Assembly (NCBI GenBank): GCA_045591265.1
Contig: JAZNSQ010000019.1
Coordinates: 16,067 to 80,066 of the forward strand
Direction: 5' to 3'
DNA: 64,000 bases
DNA from: Clostridia bacterium
Lineage (GTDB): Bacteria > Bacillota > Clostridia > UMGS1883
The notes under the pieces are model-generated. The model made no database searches. It was not told the DNA's origin and saw only the letters and a program-made list of their open reading frames with translations. The position numbers and the translations under genes are program-made. Positions 23,226 through 32,940 of this stretch are shown here, in pieces (the stretch's first letter is position 1; every line of letters begins with the position of its first letter).

Positions 23226-24056
23226 TTATAAAGTAAAATTGAGAATAATCGAAACTATGCCTGCAAAAATGCAGTAGTATGAAAAATAGGAAAGCTTACT
23301 TTTTTCGACAAGCTTTGTAAGAAATTTTATTGAAAAGTACCCGCTTACCGCGGCAGTAACCATACCCACTATAACACAAGGAATAGTAAAAATTTGCTCT
23401 CCCACAGAGAAGATATCCTTTAAGTCAAGAAGGAGTGCGCCAAGGATTGCGGGAATGGAAAGAAGAAACGAAAATCTTACGGCAGCGTTTCTGTTTAGCC
23501 CTGAAAAAAGTCCGCCGACAATCGTGCTTCCGCTTCGGCTTATGCCGGGAAGCACCCCGAACGCCTGAAAAATACCAACGCAAAGCGCGTTACGTGCGCC
23601 TAAATTTTCGATTTCGGTTTTTCCCGAAAACTTCTGACTGATGTAAAGAAAAATTGCAGTAATAAAAAGGAATATTCCAATCTGCCACAGCGCAGGGTTT
23701 TCAATAATATCCCCAAATAAAAGGGCAGAAACAACTGCTGGAAGTGTGCCTAAAATAAGCATAAGGATAAGCTTGCGGTAAGGGTTTTTTGAAAGCTTAA
23801 GTCCCTTTCCTTTAAAAACATCTCCAATCATTGAGAAAAAAGCGCATATAAGCTCATAAATATCCTTTTTAAAGGCAATAAAAACTGCAACAAGAGTTGC
23901 GATATGTAAAAGAATATTAAAGGATAAAAGGGAAGAGGCTTCCGCATCTATTCCCATAACTTTTCCAAGTATTGCAAGGTGGCCCGAGCTTGAAATGGGC
24001 AAAAATTCGCTAAGCCCCTGCACAAGCCCAAGTATAAAAGCATTAAAAATAGTCAT
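23226..24056 (-). CDS. uppP: undecaprenyl-diphosphate phosphatase UppP/BacA
   Basis: LGLVQGLSEFLPISSSGHL and PGISRSGSTI motifs. Confidence 0.9.
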   Translation of the reverse strand: MTIFNAFILGLVQGLSEFLPISSSGHLAILGKVMGIDAEASSLLSFNILLHIATLVAVFIAFKKDIYELICAFFSMIGDVFKGKGLKLSKNPYRKLILMLILGTLPAVVSALLFGDIIENPALWQIGIFLFITAIFLYISQKFSGKTEIENLGARNALCVGIFQAFGVLPGISRSGSTIVGGLFSGLNRNAAVRFSFLLSIPAILGALLLDLKDIFSVGEQIFTIPCVIVGMVTAAVSGYFSIKFLTKLVEKSKLSYFSYYCIFAGIVSIILNFTL

Positions 24057-24121
24057 TTTAACCTCCTAAAAGACATATATAGTATATTTTATCATAGAAA
24101 TAAAAAAAAATCTACTATTTT

Positions 24122-24170
24122 TAGAAAAATAAAGAAAAACTTTGGTCGTATCAAAAACCAAAGTTTTCTT
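24122..24170 (-). terminator. rho-independent terminator after cysE
   Basis: Hairpin GAAAACTTTGGT...ACCAAAGTTTTC with a T-tract on the minus strand. Confidence 0.7.
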
Positions 24171-24175
24171 AATGG

Positions 24176-25066
24176 TTATTTTATTATCTCGAGTTCGGGA
24201 TTCTTAGCCACAACCTTTGCTTTTGCCTCGATTGAGCTTACTATAAACGCGTTACCGCCGATTGTTGCACCCTCACCGATTACGGTGTCGCCTCCAAGAA
24301 TTGTTGTGCCTGAATATACGGTTACGCCGTCTTTAAGGGTGGGATGCCTTTTAACACCGCGAAGTGCCTGCCCCTTTCTTGTAGAAAGCGCGCCGAGTGT
24401 AACGCCCTGATATATCTTTACGTTGTTACCGATATTTGTTGTTTCACCAATTACAATGCCTGTACCGTGGTCAATAAAAAAGTATTTGCCAATACTTGCG
24501 CCGGGGTGAATATCAATGCCCGTAAGGCCATGGGCGTATTCCGTCATAATTCTTGGAATCATCGGAACATTTAAAAGATAAAGCTCATGCGCAATTCTGT
24601 AGACCGTTACCGCAAAAAGTCCGGGATAAGATAAAATAATCTCATCAAAGCTTGTAGCCGCAGGGTCACCGGAAAGGGCGGCTTCCACGTCAGTTGCAAG
24701 ATACTCGCGGATTTTCGGGATTTTTTCTAAAAATTCGCGCGTAAGTTTTTCAGCTTTTTCAAGAAGAACGCTCTTTTCGCAGTTTATGCAATTTTCACCG
24801 CAACCGATTACGCCTGCAATCTGCTTTTTCAGATTGTATTCGACAAACTCAATCTTTTCGCCGATTACGTACTTTACGTATTCGCTTGAAATTTTGTTTG
24901 AACTGAAAAAACCAGGGAAAAGAATTTCGCGAAGAGTTTCAACGATTTCTATGATAAGACTTTTATTAAGCACCCTGTCAGAATCAAGCTTTGTCATAAA
25001 GGAGCTTTCTTCGTAGCCACTTACTATCTTATCAATTAACTTTTCAGTGTTATTCATATAGATCAA
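24176..25066 (-). CDS. cysE: serine O-acetyltransferase
   Basis: Hexapeptide-repeat C-terminus with GIDIHPGASIGKYFFIDHGTGIVIGETTNIGNNVKIYQGVTLGA. The start may be the internal Met 9 nt downstream. Confidence 0.85.
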   Translation of the reverse strand: MIYMNNTEKLIDKIVSGYEESSFMTKLDSDRVLNKSLIIEIVETLREILFPGFFSSNKISSEYVKYVIGEKIEFVEYNLKKQIAGVIGCGENCINCEKSVLLEKAEKLTREFLEKIPKIREYLATDVEAALSGDPAATSFDEIILSYPGLFAVTVYRIAHELYLLNVPMIPRIMTEYAHGLTGIDIHPGASIGKYFFIDHGTGIVIGETTNIGNNVKIYQGVTLGALSTRKGQALRGVKRHPTLKDGVTVYSGTTILGGDTVIGEGATIGGNAFIVSSIEAKAKVVAKNPELEIIK

Positions 25067-26388
25067 ACCTTCTTTACAGGCTCAAGCTTGGTTTTTCCTC
25101 CCATATATGGACGAAGCGCCTCGGGGATATTAACAGTGCCGTCCTCACAGTAGTTGTTTTCCAAAAATGCAATAAGCATACGGGGAGGAGCAACAACAGT
25201 GTTATTAAGAGTATGCACAAACTGATTTTTGCCGTCAATACGACTGCGGATTTTAAGTCTTCTTGCCTGTGCATCGCCAAGGTTAGAGCAGCTGCAAACC
25301 TCAAAATATTTTTGCTGACGCGGACTCCACGCCTCGATATCGCAAGACTTAACCTTAAGGTCGGCAAGGTCGCCCGAGCAACACTCAAGCTGTCTTACGG
25401 GGATATCCATATTTCTGAAAAGCTCAACAGAAAGCTTCCACATCTTTTCAAACCATTCTTTGCTTTCTTCAGGCTTACAAATTACAATCATTTCCTGCTT
25501 TTCAAACTGGTGGTTTCTGTAAATACCTCTTTCTTCAATGCCGTGAGAACCGATTTCTCTTCTAAAGCACGGTGAGTAAGAGGTGAGAGTAAGGGGCAGA
25601 TTTTCTTCAGGAATAAGCTGGTCAACATACTTACCAATCATACTATGCTCTGAAGTGCCGATAAGATAAAGGTCTTCACCCTCAATTTTATACATCATAG
25701 CTTCCATTTCTTCAAAGCTCATAACACCCTTAACAATGTTTGAACGAATCATAAAGGGCGGGATGCAATAAAGAAATCCTTGGTCAATCATAAAGTCACG
25801 CGCATAAGCCAAAATCGCCTCATGAATACGTGCAACGTCACCCATTAAGTAGTAAAAGCCTGCGCCCGACACTCTGCCTGCAGCTTCCTTGTCAAGTCCT
25901 CCAAGGGCTTGCATAATATCTGCGTGATAAGGAATTTCGTAGTCTGGAACTATCGGCTCACCAAAACGCTCAACCTCAACGTTTTCACTGTCATCCTTAC
26001 CAATCGGAACGGACGGGTCAATTATATTTGGAATGATCATCATTATTTTATTAATTTCTTCTTCAAGAGAGACTTGCTTTTCCTCAAGCTCCTTAAGTTT
26101 AGCTTCGTTACTCTTAACAGCAGCTTTTCCTTTTTCGATTTCTGCTTCTATTTCAGAAATTTCAGCACTATCCTGTGCCTTTTTAAGCTTGCCGAAAAGC
26201 ATACCATTAGCCTTTGAGATTGCGTTACGCTCTGCCTTTAAGCTTTCCGCCTCGGAAATGCATGCCTTACGCGCAGTGTTAAGCTCAATAACCTCATCCA
26301 CGAGCTTTATCTTTTTGTCCTGAAATTTCTTTTTGATGTTTTCCTTTACTAAATCAGGGTTGTTCTGAAGAAAATTAATATCAATCAT
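25063..26388 (-). CDS. serS: serine--tRNA ligase
   Basis: N-terminal coiled coil and class II motifs (FRRE, GSG, TLNNT). Its stop overlaps the cysE start. Confidence 0.9.
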   Translation of the reverse strand: MIDINFLQNNPDLVKENIKKKFQDKKIKLVDEVIELNTARKACISEAESLKAERNAISKANGMLFGKLKKAQDSAEISEIEAEIEKGKAAVKSNEAKLKELEEKQVSLEEEINKIMMIIPNIIDPSVPIGKDDSENVEVERFGEPIVPDYEIPYHADIMQALGGLDKEAAGRVSGAGFYYLMGDVARIHEAILAYARDFMIDQGFLYCIPPFMIRSNIVKGVMSFEEMEAMMYKIEGEDLYLIGTSEHSMIGKYVDQLIPEENLPLTLTSYSPCFRREIGSHGIEERGIYRNHQFEKQEMIVICKPEESKEWFEKMWKLSVELFRNMDIPVRQLECCSGDLADLKVKSCDIEAWSPRQQKYFEVCSCSNLGDAQARRLKIRSRIDGKNQFVHTLNNTVVAPPRMLIAFLENNYCEDGTVNIPEALRPYMGGKTKLEPVKKV

Positions 26389-26532
26389 GGCCGTCTCCTT
26401 AATCTAACTTTTGTAAATAATATTTCTTATTATTATGACATAATTTAAAAAAAATGTCAATGAAATACAAGGAAAAAGTCAGTCCCTTGCATAATTTAAG
26501 TTAAAATGCTACAATGTAAAAGAGGTGGGAGT

Positions 26533-27084
26533 ATGAGTTTTTTAGTTAACCTTGAATTTACGATACTTAATTTTTTGCAAAACGCATTTAAAAACCCTGT
26601 GATAGATAGCGTTATGACCTTTATTACAAAGCTTGGAAATAACGGATTTATATGGATTTTAATTGCGCTTATATTTCTTTTTACAAAAAAACATAAAAAA
26701 ACGGGAATAATAATTTTAGCAGGGCTTTTAGCGGGCCTTGTAATAGGAAATCTGTTTTTAAAAAATATTTTTGCAAGATTGCGCCCGTTTGAAGTGGTGG
26801 ACGGAGTAAAGCTCCTTATCCCTGCACCGACTGACTTTTCGTTCCCGTCAGGGCATACGCTGTCTTCCTTTATAGCGGCAACAATTCTTTATAAAAGGTA
26901 TAAAAAGGTGGGAAGGTGGGCAATCTTACTTGCAGTTTTAATAGCTTTTTCAAGGCTTTATCTGTATGTGCATTTTCCAACCGATGTGCTTTTTGGGGCG
27001 CTACTTGGAATTTTTATCGGCATAGGTACAAATAAAATTTTTACAAAGAATAATAAATTAAAATCTCCTAATAATAGTATTTGA
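26533..27084 (+). CDS. PAP2-family phosphatase (phosphatidic acid/undecaprenyl-PP phosphatase-like)
   Basis: PAP2 motifs KxxxxxxRP (KNIFARLRPF), PSGH (FPSGHT) and SRLYLYVHFPTDV. Start at ATG 26533 after AAAGAGGTGGGAG. Confidence 0.8.
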   Translation: MSFLVNLEFTILNFLQNAFKNPVIDSVMTFITKLGNNGFIWILIALIFLFTKKHKKTGIIILAGLLAGLVIGNLFLKNIFARLRPFEVVDGVKLLIPAPTDFSFPSGHTLSSFIAATILYKRYKKVGRWAILLAVLIAFSRLYLYVHFPTDVLFGALLGIFIGIGTNKIFTKNNKLKSPNNSI

Positions 27085-27099
27085 AGGAGGGGGATTTTG

Positions 27100-27273
27100 A
27101 TGTTTGGATGCAAAGGTGGTTTTGTAAAAGGACTTGTTTCAGGCATGATAATAGGCTCTGCAGCCTCAATGATGTGCGAAACGGACAGTCAAATGATGCG
27201 CAAAATGAAAAAGAAAGCCGGCAGACTCGTAAAAAGAATGGAATACACTCTTGAGGACCTGCTTGGGAAATAA
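27100..27273 (+). CDS. small unannotated protein (57 aa), hydrophobic N-terminal half and basic C-terminus
   Basis: RBS GGAGGGGG 7 nt upstream of ATG 27100; the stop is followed directly by a perfect terminator hairpin. Absent from the ORF track because it is under 60 aa. Confidence 0.5.
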   Translation: MFGCKGGFVKGLVSGMIIGSAASMMCETDSQMMRKMKKKAGRLVKRMEYTLEDLLGK

Positions 27274-27275
27274 AG

Positions 27276-27310
27276 AAAATCCATCTCTTATGAGATGGAT
27301 TTTCTTTATT
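27276..27310. terminator. bidirectional terminator (small ORF / pdxK)
   Basis: AAAATCCATCTC-TTAT-GAGATGGATTTT hairpin flanked by A and T tracts. Confidence 0.8.
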
Positions 27311-28133
27311 CATGCAGTAAATGCAAGCTTTTCTCAAAGTTAAGTCCGTACCAGTATTTTTCGCGCTCGTGCATTGAGTTTTCGATGCAGTCATTTACAA
27401 AAAATGACGCTTTTTTGACTGACTCCGTAAAGGAGTTTCCCTTAAGCAAATACCCCATAAAGGAGCTTGAGAATAAATCGCCCGAGCCGTAGAATATTCC
27501 CTCTTTTAAGGGATAGCTGTTTATTGAAAACTTACCTGTTTCTTTTTCGTAAGAGGCAGTTGAAACCGTGTCTTCCCCAAAAATTCCCGTAACAATGGGG
27601 TTAGGGGATATGCGTGAAAGCTCCTTTAAAAGCTTTTGTGAATCCTTTTCGTCAAAGTCTTTAAATTCACACCCGAAATCCGTTAAAATCAGCGCCTCGG
27701 TAAGATTTGGGGATATAAAATCCGCTTTTTTGCAAAGCGATTTGAGTGCGAGGGCATAGTTTTTATCAAGCCCCGAATAAAATTTTCCGTTATCCGCCAT
27801 TGCAGGGTCAATAAAAACGATTGTGTTTTCATTTTTAAATTCATCAATAAATTCGCTGACAAAATCAATAAGCTCAACAGAGCCTATGTAACCTACATAA
27901 ATAGCGTCAAACATTATATTAAGTTTTTTCCAGTGTGAGGATATCTCCTTAAATTGAGAGCTTAAGGAATGGAAGGAATACCCCTCGAACTCACCTGTAT
28001 GTGTTGAAAGAATTGCTGTCGGAAGTACCACAGTTTCAATCCCTGCAGAAGAAATTACGGGAAGTGCCACAGAAAGTGAGCATTTGCCAAAGCAGGAAAG
28101 GTCCTGAATACTTACAAGACGTTTAAAATCCAT
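27306..28133 (-). CDS. pdxK: pyridoxal/pyridoxamine kinase (PfkB ribokinase superfamily)
   Basis: N-terminus MDFKRLVSIQDLSCFGKCSLSVALPVISSAGIETVVLPTAILSTHTG typical of PdxK/PdxY. Confidence 0.8.
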   Translation of the reverse strand: MDFKRLVSIQDLSCFGKCSLSVALPVISSAGIETVVLPTAILSTHTGEFEGYSFHSLSSQFKEISSHWKKLNIMFDAIYVGYIGSVELIDFVSEFIDEFKNENTIVFIDPAMADNGKFYSGLDKNYALALKSLCKKADFISPNLTEALILTDFGCEFKDFDEKDSQKLLKELSRISPNPIVTGIFGEDTVSTASYEKETGKFSINSYPLKEGIFYGSGDLFSSSFMGYLLKGNSFTESVKKASFFVNDCIENSMHEREKYWYGLNFEKSLHLLHE

Positions 28134-28135
28134 AT

Positions 28136-28801
28136 TTATAGCCCCTTATTTTTTTCAATAATGCGGAGTATCTCGCTTGGGTGAGAGACGATGGCGTCTG
28201 CACCCTCTCTTTCAAGCTCATCCCTTTTTCTAAAGCCCCACAAAACTCCGATAGTATACAGACCTCCGTTTTTGCCTGTTTTCATATCGGTAGAGGTGTC
28301 ACCAATATAGAGGCACTCCTCCTTTTTAAGATTAAGCTTGTCAAGAATATACATAAGGCCGTCAGTACACGGTTTAAGCCTCATACCGTCTACTCCGCCA
28401 AGGCAGATGTCAATAAGCTCATCCCCAAAAAGTGCGTTTGAAATCTTTTTTGTCGTACCGTCAGGCTTGTTTGAAAGGATGGCAACCTTTATGCCTCTTT
28501 GTTTAAGCTCTTTAAGTAACTCCATTACTCCCTCATAAGGCTTTGCAAGATACAAAAAGTCGTTATCATAGGTAGAGCTATACTCTTTAAAAACAAGGTC
28601 AGTTTTTTCTGTGTTGCCACCTGTTTCCTTAATCATACGCTCTATAAGCACCCTTGCGCCGTCACCTACAAGCTCTTTATATTTTTCGGTGTCGATAGAG
28701 GGGAGAGAGTGTTTATTTAGTGCCTTATTTGCAAAATAGGCGATTGAATTTATGGTATCTACGGTAGTTCCGTCCATATCAAAGATGCATGCTTTAATCA
28801 T
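28136..28801 (-). CDS. HAD-family hydrolase (phosphoglycolate phosphatase-like)
   Basis: HAD motif I FDMDGT at residues 7-12; 221 aa. Confidence 0.8.
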   Translation of the reverse strand: MIKACIFDMDGTTVDTINSIAYFANKALNKHSLPSIDTEKYKELVGDGARVLIERMIKETGGNTEKTDLVFKEYSSTYDNDFLYLAKPYEGVMELLKELKQRGIKVAILSNKPDGTTKKISNALFGDELIDICLGGVDGMRLKPCTDGLMYILDKLNLKKEECLYIGDTSTDMKTGKNGGLYTIGVLWGFRKRDELEREGADAIVSHPSEILRIIEKNKGL

Positions 28802-28814
28802 TGTGGGGTCCTTT

Positions 28815-29222
28815 CTATCTGAGAATTTTTATAATTCTGCTTGTAAACCTTGTCGATTTGTGCGGAAGCTTGTCTATTATAAAGAAAATAAGGAGTGTAA
28901 CAACTATCGACAAAATCGCTAAAACATCGGATAAAATGATGTTATCGGTAAGGTTAAGCGTTATAAAGTAAGTAGCTATGCAAATTATAATAGGAAGTAT
29001 GTAACCAATAAATGCCAGAAACAAAAACGCGGGCGAATTCATTTCAAGCTTTACGGTGTCACCAACCTTTGCCGAAAGACCGTTTACCGCAGTAACGAGG
29101 CTTGCGGTGGGCTTACATTCACCACTGCAACTCGCGCAGTTTTCCCCGCAGGACGAGGTTCTTTTTATTCTTACTGTTGCGAGCCTTCCTTTAAGCTCAA
29201 CAACTTCTCCAATCTGTTGCAT
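28815..29222 (-). CDS. RseC/MucC-family protein (SoxR-reducing system / sigma-E positive regulator-like)
   Basis: N-terminal soluble Cys-rich segment (CGENCASCSGEC) followed by two TM helices, 135 aa. Confidence 0.6.
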   Translation of the reverse strand: MQQIGEVVELKGRLATVRIKRTSSCGENCASCSGECKPTASLVTAVNGLSAKVGDTVKLEMNSPAFLFLAFIGYILPIIICIATYFITLNLTDNIILSDVLAILSIVVTLLIFFIIDKLPHKSTRFTSRIIKILR

Positions 29223-30890
29223 TTAATTTTTATTTCTCCTTTCATTAAAGAAACCAAGAAGGTCACGCGCGTTTTCTATTGCAGTATCGTTTATCTTATC
29301 ACCGCTTATAATGCGCGCAATTTCAATTTCCCTTGATTTTTCGTCAAGCGTTTTAATTTCCGATTTAAATAAATCAGACTCCGTATTTTTTTCTACTAAA
29401 ATGTGATTATCCGCTGCCGCCGCAATAATGGGAAGATGAGTAATACTGATTAACTGAAAATGCTTTGAAAGCTCACTCATCTTGTGCGCAATCTTTTCTG
29501 CGGCACGCCCCGAAACTCCCGTGTCAATTTCATCAAAGACAAGGGTTGAGGATGAGTAAAAATCAGAAAATACCGATTTTATCGCAAGCATAACACGGCT
29601 TATTTCACCGCCTGATGCAATCTTTGTAAGCGGTTTTGGCGCGTCCTGAGGATTTGTGGAGATTAAAATTTCTACATTATCCATGCCAAGTGGGGAAAGG
29701 GGGCAAGTTTCAAACGAAAACTCCACCTTGCACCTTGGCATATCAAGGTCTTCAAGCTCCTTTGAAAGCTTTTCTGAAAGAATAAGCGCATTTTCTCGTC
29801 TTACGCGCGAAAGCTCTTTTGCAGTTTCAAGCGCCCTTTTTTCAAGACCATTTACTTTTTCTTCAAGAGCACCGGAGTTTTCCTCACAATTTAAAAGAAA
29901 GCTGAGGCGCCCAGTCGCCTCATCATAAAAATTAAGTATGTCCGAAACGCTTTTATTATATTTGCGCTTAAGATTACTTATTAAAGAAAGTCTGTCGTTT
30001 ATCTCCTCAAGTGCTGACGGACTAAACTCAATACTGTCACGATAAGAAGATATATCGCGCGAAAGCTCATCTATATCATAATAGATGCTCTGTATTTTAT
30101 CTGAAAAAGTGGCACTTCTTTCATCAAATGAAGAAATGCTTTCCGCCTCACGCTTTGCACTATACAAAAGGTCACGCGCTGCCCCGTCAGAAAAGAGTGC
30201 ATTATACAAAGCATTTGCACTTTTCTTAAGCGTTTCAGCGTTATTTAAGACGTTGCGCCTTGAGATTAGCTCGTCCTCTTCATCTAAAGAGAGGCGGGCA
30301 TTTTTTATTTCCTCCGTTTGATATTTAAGGTAGTCAATTTCATTTTTCCTCGACTCCTCACTCATACTGATGCTTTCAAGCTCTTTTTTGAGTAGCTTGT
30401 ACTCGCTGTATTCAGAAGTGTATTTTTCAAAAAGCTCACCATTTCCTGAAAAACTGTCAAGAAATTTAACGTGAGAGGAAGTATTAAAGATTTCTGCACT
30501 GTCACGCTGCCCGTGGCTTGTAACAAGCTTTTCGCCAATAGCCTTAAGCGTGGAAACACTGACGCTTTCTCCGTTAACCTGGCATATATTTCGCCCGTCA
30601 GGATAAATCTTTCTGTTTATCAAAATATTTCCGTCATCTGAAGAAATATCAAAATCCTCTAAAACAGAGTCAATATTTTTATCAAAGAAAGAGGCGCTTA
30701 CCTTTAAAAAAGGAGCACCCTCACGTATAAGCTCACGCGGGGTGCGAAGCCCTAAAATAATGCCGATTGAATTAATAAGAAGGGATTTACCCGCCCCTGT
30801 CTCACCGCTTATTGCGTTAAAGCCTTTCTCAAAATCAACGGAGGCTTTTTCAATAACGGCGATATTCTCAATATCAATATGAGTAATCAT
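29223..30890 (-). CDS. recN: DNA repair protein RecN
   Basis: Walker A GETGAGKS at the N-terminus, long coiled coil, C-terminal signature/Walker B (LVFDEIDTGVSG). Confidence 0.9.
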   Translation of the reverse strand: MITHIDIENIAVIEKASVDFEKGFNAISGETGAGKSLLINSIGIILGLRTPRELIREGAPFLKVSASFFDKNIDSVLEDFDISSDDGNILINRKIYPDGRNICQVNGESVSVSTLKAIGEKLVTSHGQRDSAEIFNTSSHVKFLDSFSGNGELFEKYTSEYSEYKLLKKELESISMSEESRKNEIDYLKYQTEEIKNARLSLDEEDELISRRNVLNNAETLKKSANALYNALFSDGAARDLLYSAKREAESISSFDERSATFSDKIQSIYYDIDELSRDISSYRDSIEFSPSALEEINDRLSLISNLKRKYNKSVSDILNFYDEATGRLSFLLNCEENSGALEEKVNGLEKRALETAKELSRVRRENALILSEKLSKELEDLDMPRCKVEFSFETCPLSPLGMDNVEILISTNPQDAPKPLTKIASGGEISRVMLAIKSVFSDFYSSSTLVFDEIDTGVSGRAAEKIAHKMSELSKHFQLISITHLPIIAAAADNHILVEKNTESDLFKSEIKTLDEKSREIEIARIISGDKINDTAIENARDLLGFFNERRNKN

Positions 30891-30894
30891 AAAA

Positions 30895-31347
30895 CTACCC
30901 CCGAAGATTTTTTAGTTTACTGCAAAGGCTTTGTGCCGCACTTTCACTGCGGGTAATTACAAAAATCGTATCGTCCCCTGCGATTGAGCCTAAAAAGTCT
31001 GGATTATGAAATGAATCAAGCACAGCTGCAGCACCCTGCGCCATACCGGTTAAGGTTTTTATAACAACTGTGTTTAAGGCATAATCAATCTCCGTCACAC
31101 TTTTTGAAAATATAAGACTCATATTATCAGCAGTGCTTTTTTCGTGATGAGGTGAATTTTCGGTGTAAGAGTATCTTCCGTTTTGGTTAAGCTGCTTAAG
31201 AAGACGAAGCTCTTTAATATCACGCGAAACAGTTGCCTGTGTAACATTAAAGCCAAGACTTGAAAGCGCCTCGGTTAATTCCTGCTGGGTCTCAATATTC
31301 TTGTCTTTTATTAATTTTAAAATAGCGTCATGTCTTTTATTTCTCAT
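30895..31347 (-). CDS. argR: arginine repressor
   Basis: MRNKRHDAILKLIKDKNIETQQEL winged-helix N-terminus; C-terminal GTIAGDDTIFV oligomerisation/arginine-binding motif. Confidence 0.9.
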   Translation of the reverse strand: MRNKRHDAILKLIKDKNIETQQELTEALSSLGFNVTQATVSRDIKELRLLKQLNQNGRYSYTENSPHHEKSTADNMSLIFSKSVTEIDYALNTVVIKTLTGMAQGAAAVLDSFHNPDFLGSIAGDDTIFVITRSESAAQSLCSKLKNLRG

Positions 31348-31361
31348 AATTAACCACTCCG

Positions 31362-32207
31362 TCAGTTAAGTTTCTTTTGCAGAATATCGTAAAAGCTTAA
31401 TTCTTTGCTGTGGGCAAGAAAGGCGTATTCCGATGATTTTTCAACAGTTATGTAGTCGCCCTCAAGTAAATTTATATTTATGCTTCCGTCAATCGAAAGC
31501 TGGCAGGGCTTATCCGCCTTTATAAGAATTTTTTTAGGCGGAAGCACAATACTTCTCGATTTTAGCATATGCGGGCAAATGGGCGTTAGAATAAGCGCAT
31601 CTGCATCAGGTGATACAATGGGCCCCCCCGCCGCCAACGAATACGCGGTAGAGCCTGTAGGAGTTGAAGCAATAATCCCATCTGCACGGTAAGAGCAGAT
31701 TGTTTTTTCATTTGAGTAGGCATTAAAGTTAATAAGCTTTGATGAATCTCCACGGCTTAAAACCGCCTCATTTAATGCATTGTGGGTAGAAACGAGCTTG
31801 CCCTCTTTATATACGCCGACATTTAGCATATAACGCGCATCATAATGAATGTCGTCAGAAACCAACAGGTCTGCCGCATAAGAAAGGTTTGACGCCTCCA
31901 CAGTAGATAAATAGCCAAGTCTGCCCGTATTTATTCCAAGCAGAATATTTTTGTAACGCGCACATTTTTTAGCAGTGGAAATTATCGTTCCGTCACCGCC
32001 AAGTACCGCCACGACCTTACATTCTGAAAAAAGCTCACTTTCAGAAAGCGGGGTAGCGCCTTTAAGAAAAGAAGCATCATCGCACAAACAAAAAATCTCT
32101 GCACGGCCTTTTAAAAGCTCTATAAGATTAAGAGAAATTGAAAGTGCATTTTCCTTTTCAAAGTTAGTTATTATTGCAATTTTTTTCAAGAACGCCGCCC
32201 CTTTCAT
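31362..32207 (-). CDS. nadK: NAD kinase
   Basis: GGDGT motif and NE/D short motif; conserved nadK-argR-recN order. Confidence 0.9.
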   Translation of the reverse strand: MKGAAFLKKIAIITNFEKENALSISLNLIELLKGRAEIFCLCDDASFLKGATPLSESELFSECKVVAVLGGDGTIISTAKKCARYKNILLGINTGRLGYLSTVEASNLSYAADLLVSDDIHYDARYMLNVGVYKEGKLVSTHNALNEAVLSRGDSSKLINFNAYSNEKTICSYRADGIIASTPTGSTAYSLAAGGPIVSPDADALILTPICPHMLKSRSIVLPPKKILIKADKPCQLSIDGSININLLEGDYITVEKSSEYAFLAHSKELSFYDILQKKLN

Positions 32208-32265
32208 AAAACATTAATTACTGTGTATAATTATACATCAATATTTATAGAACGTCAATATTTAA

Positions 32266-32940
32266 TTAAGGTATAATCCTGACGGGAGTGCCTACATTTA
32301 CTAAATTAAAAAGAGACTCAACATCTTCGTTATACATTCTTATGCATCCGTTTGATGATGCCGTGCCGATAGATGCGGGGTTATTCGTCCCGTGAATGCC
32401 GTAGCCAAGCGCCGAAAGTCCAAGCCATCTTGTGCCATAGGGCCCCCCGGGGTCAAGCTCTTTATTTATTATTTCAAAGTTTCCCGTAGGGGTGGGGGAC
32501 TCGGGCGCACCGGTAGCGATAATGTATTCACGATAAATGCGCCCGTCTCTAAATACAATAAGACGTTTATTTGATACATTTATTAAAATTTCAACAGGGG
32601 AAAAAGGAGACGGAATGCATATTCTTTGCCCTGGCGTAAGATTATTTGGGTTAAGGCTCGGGTTTTCATTTAGAATGTCACTGACCTCTACAGAAAATCT
32701 TTGTGCAATAGACGCTAAGGTATCCCCGCGGTTAATGTTATAGGCTATTGTGCCAAGCGGGCAGTTTACAGGCTGAAATGTCCCTGAAATAACGCATATT
32801 TCCTCTCCAACAGACAAATTGTTAGCATCTAATCCCGGGTTAAGCCTTAAGATTTTTTCGGGCGTGACATTAAACATGGCGGAAATTGAAAAAAGCGAGT
32901 CCCCGGGCTTTATAACATAAGACTGTGTGCACTCAATCAT
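32266..32940 (-). CDS. LysM-domain L,D-transpeptidase (YkuD family)
   Basis: Two LysM repeats (YVIKPGDSLFSISAMF, YNINRGDTLASIAQRF) plus YkuD catalytic motif SNGCIRM. Confidence 0.85.
   Translation of the reverse strand: MIECTQSYVIKPGDSLFSISAMFNVTPEKILRLNPGLDANNLSVGEEICVISGTFQPVNCPLGTIAYNINRGDTLASIAQRFSVEVSDILNENPSLNPNNLTPGQRICIPSPFSPVEILINVSNKRLIVFRDGRIYREYIIATGAPESPTPTGNFEIINKELDPGGPYGTRWLGLSALGYGIHGTNNPASIGTASSNGCIRMYNEDVESLFNLVNVGTPVRIIP

Noticed and set aside
26389-26505. T-box riboswitch upstream of serS
   Set aside because: The leader is only ~110 nt, with no T-box consensus or specifier/antiterminator architecture visible.
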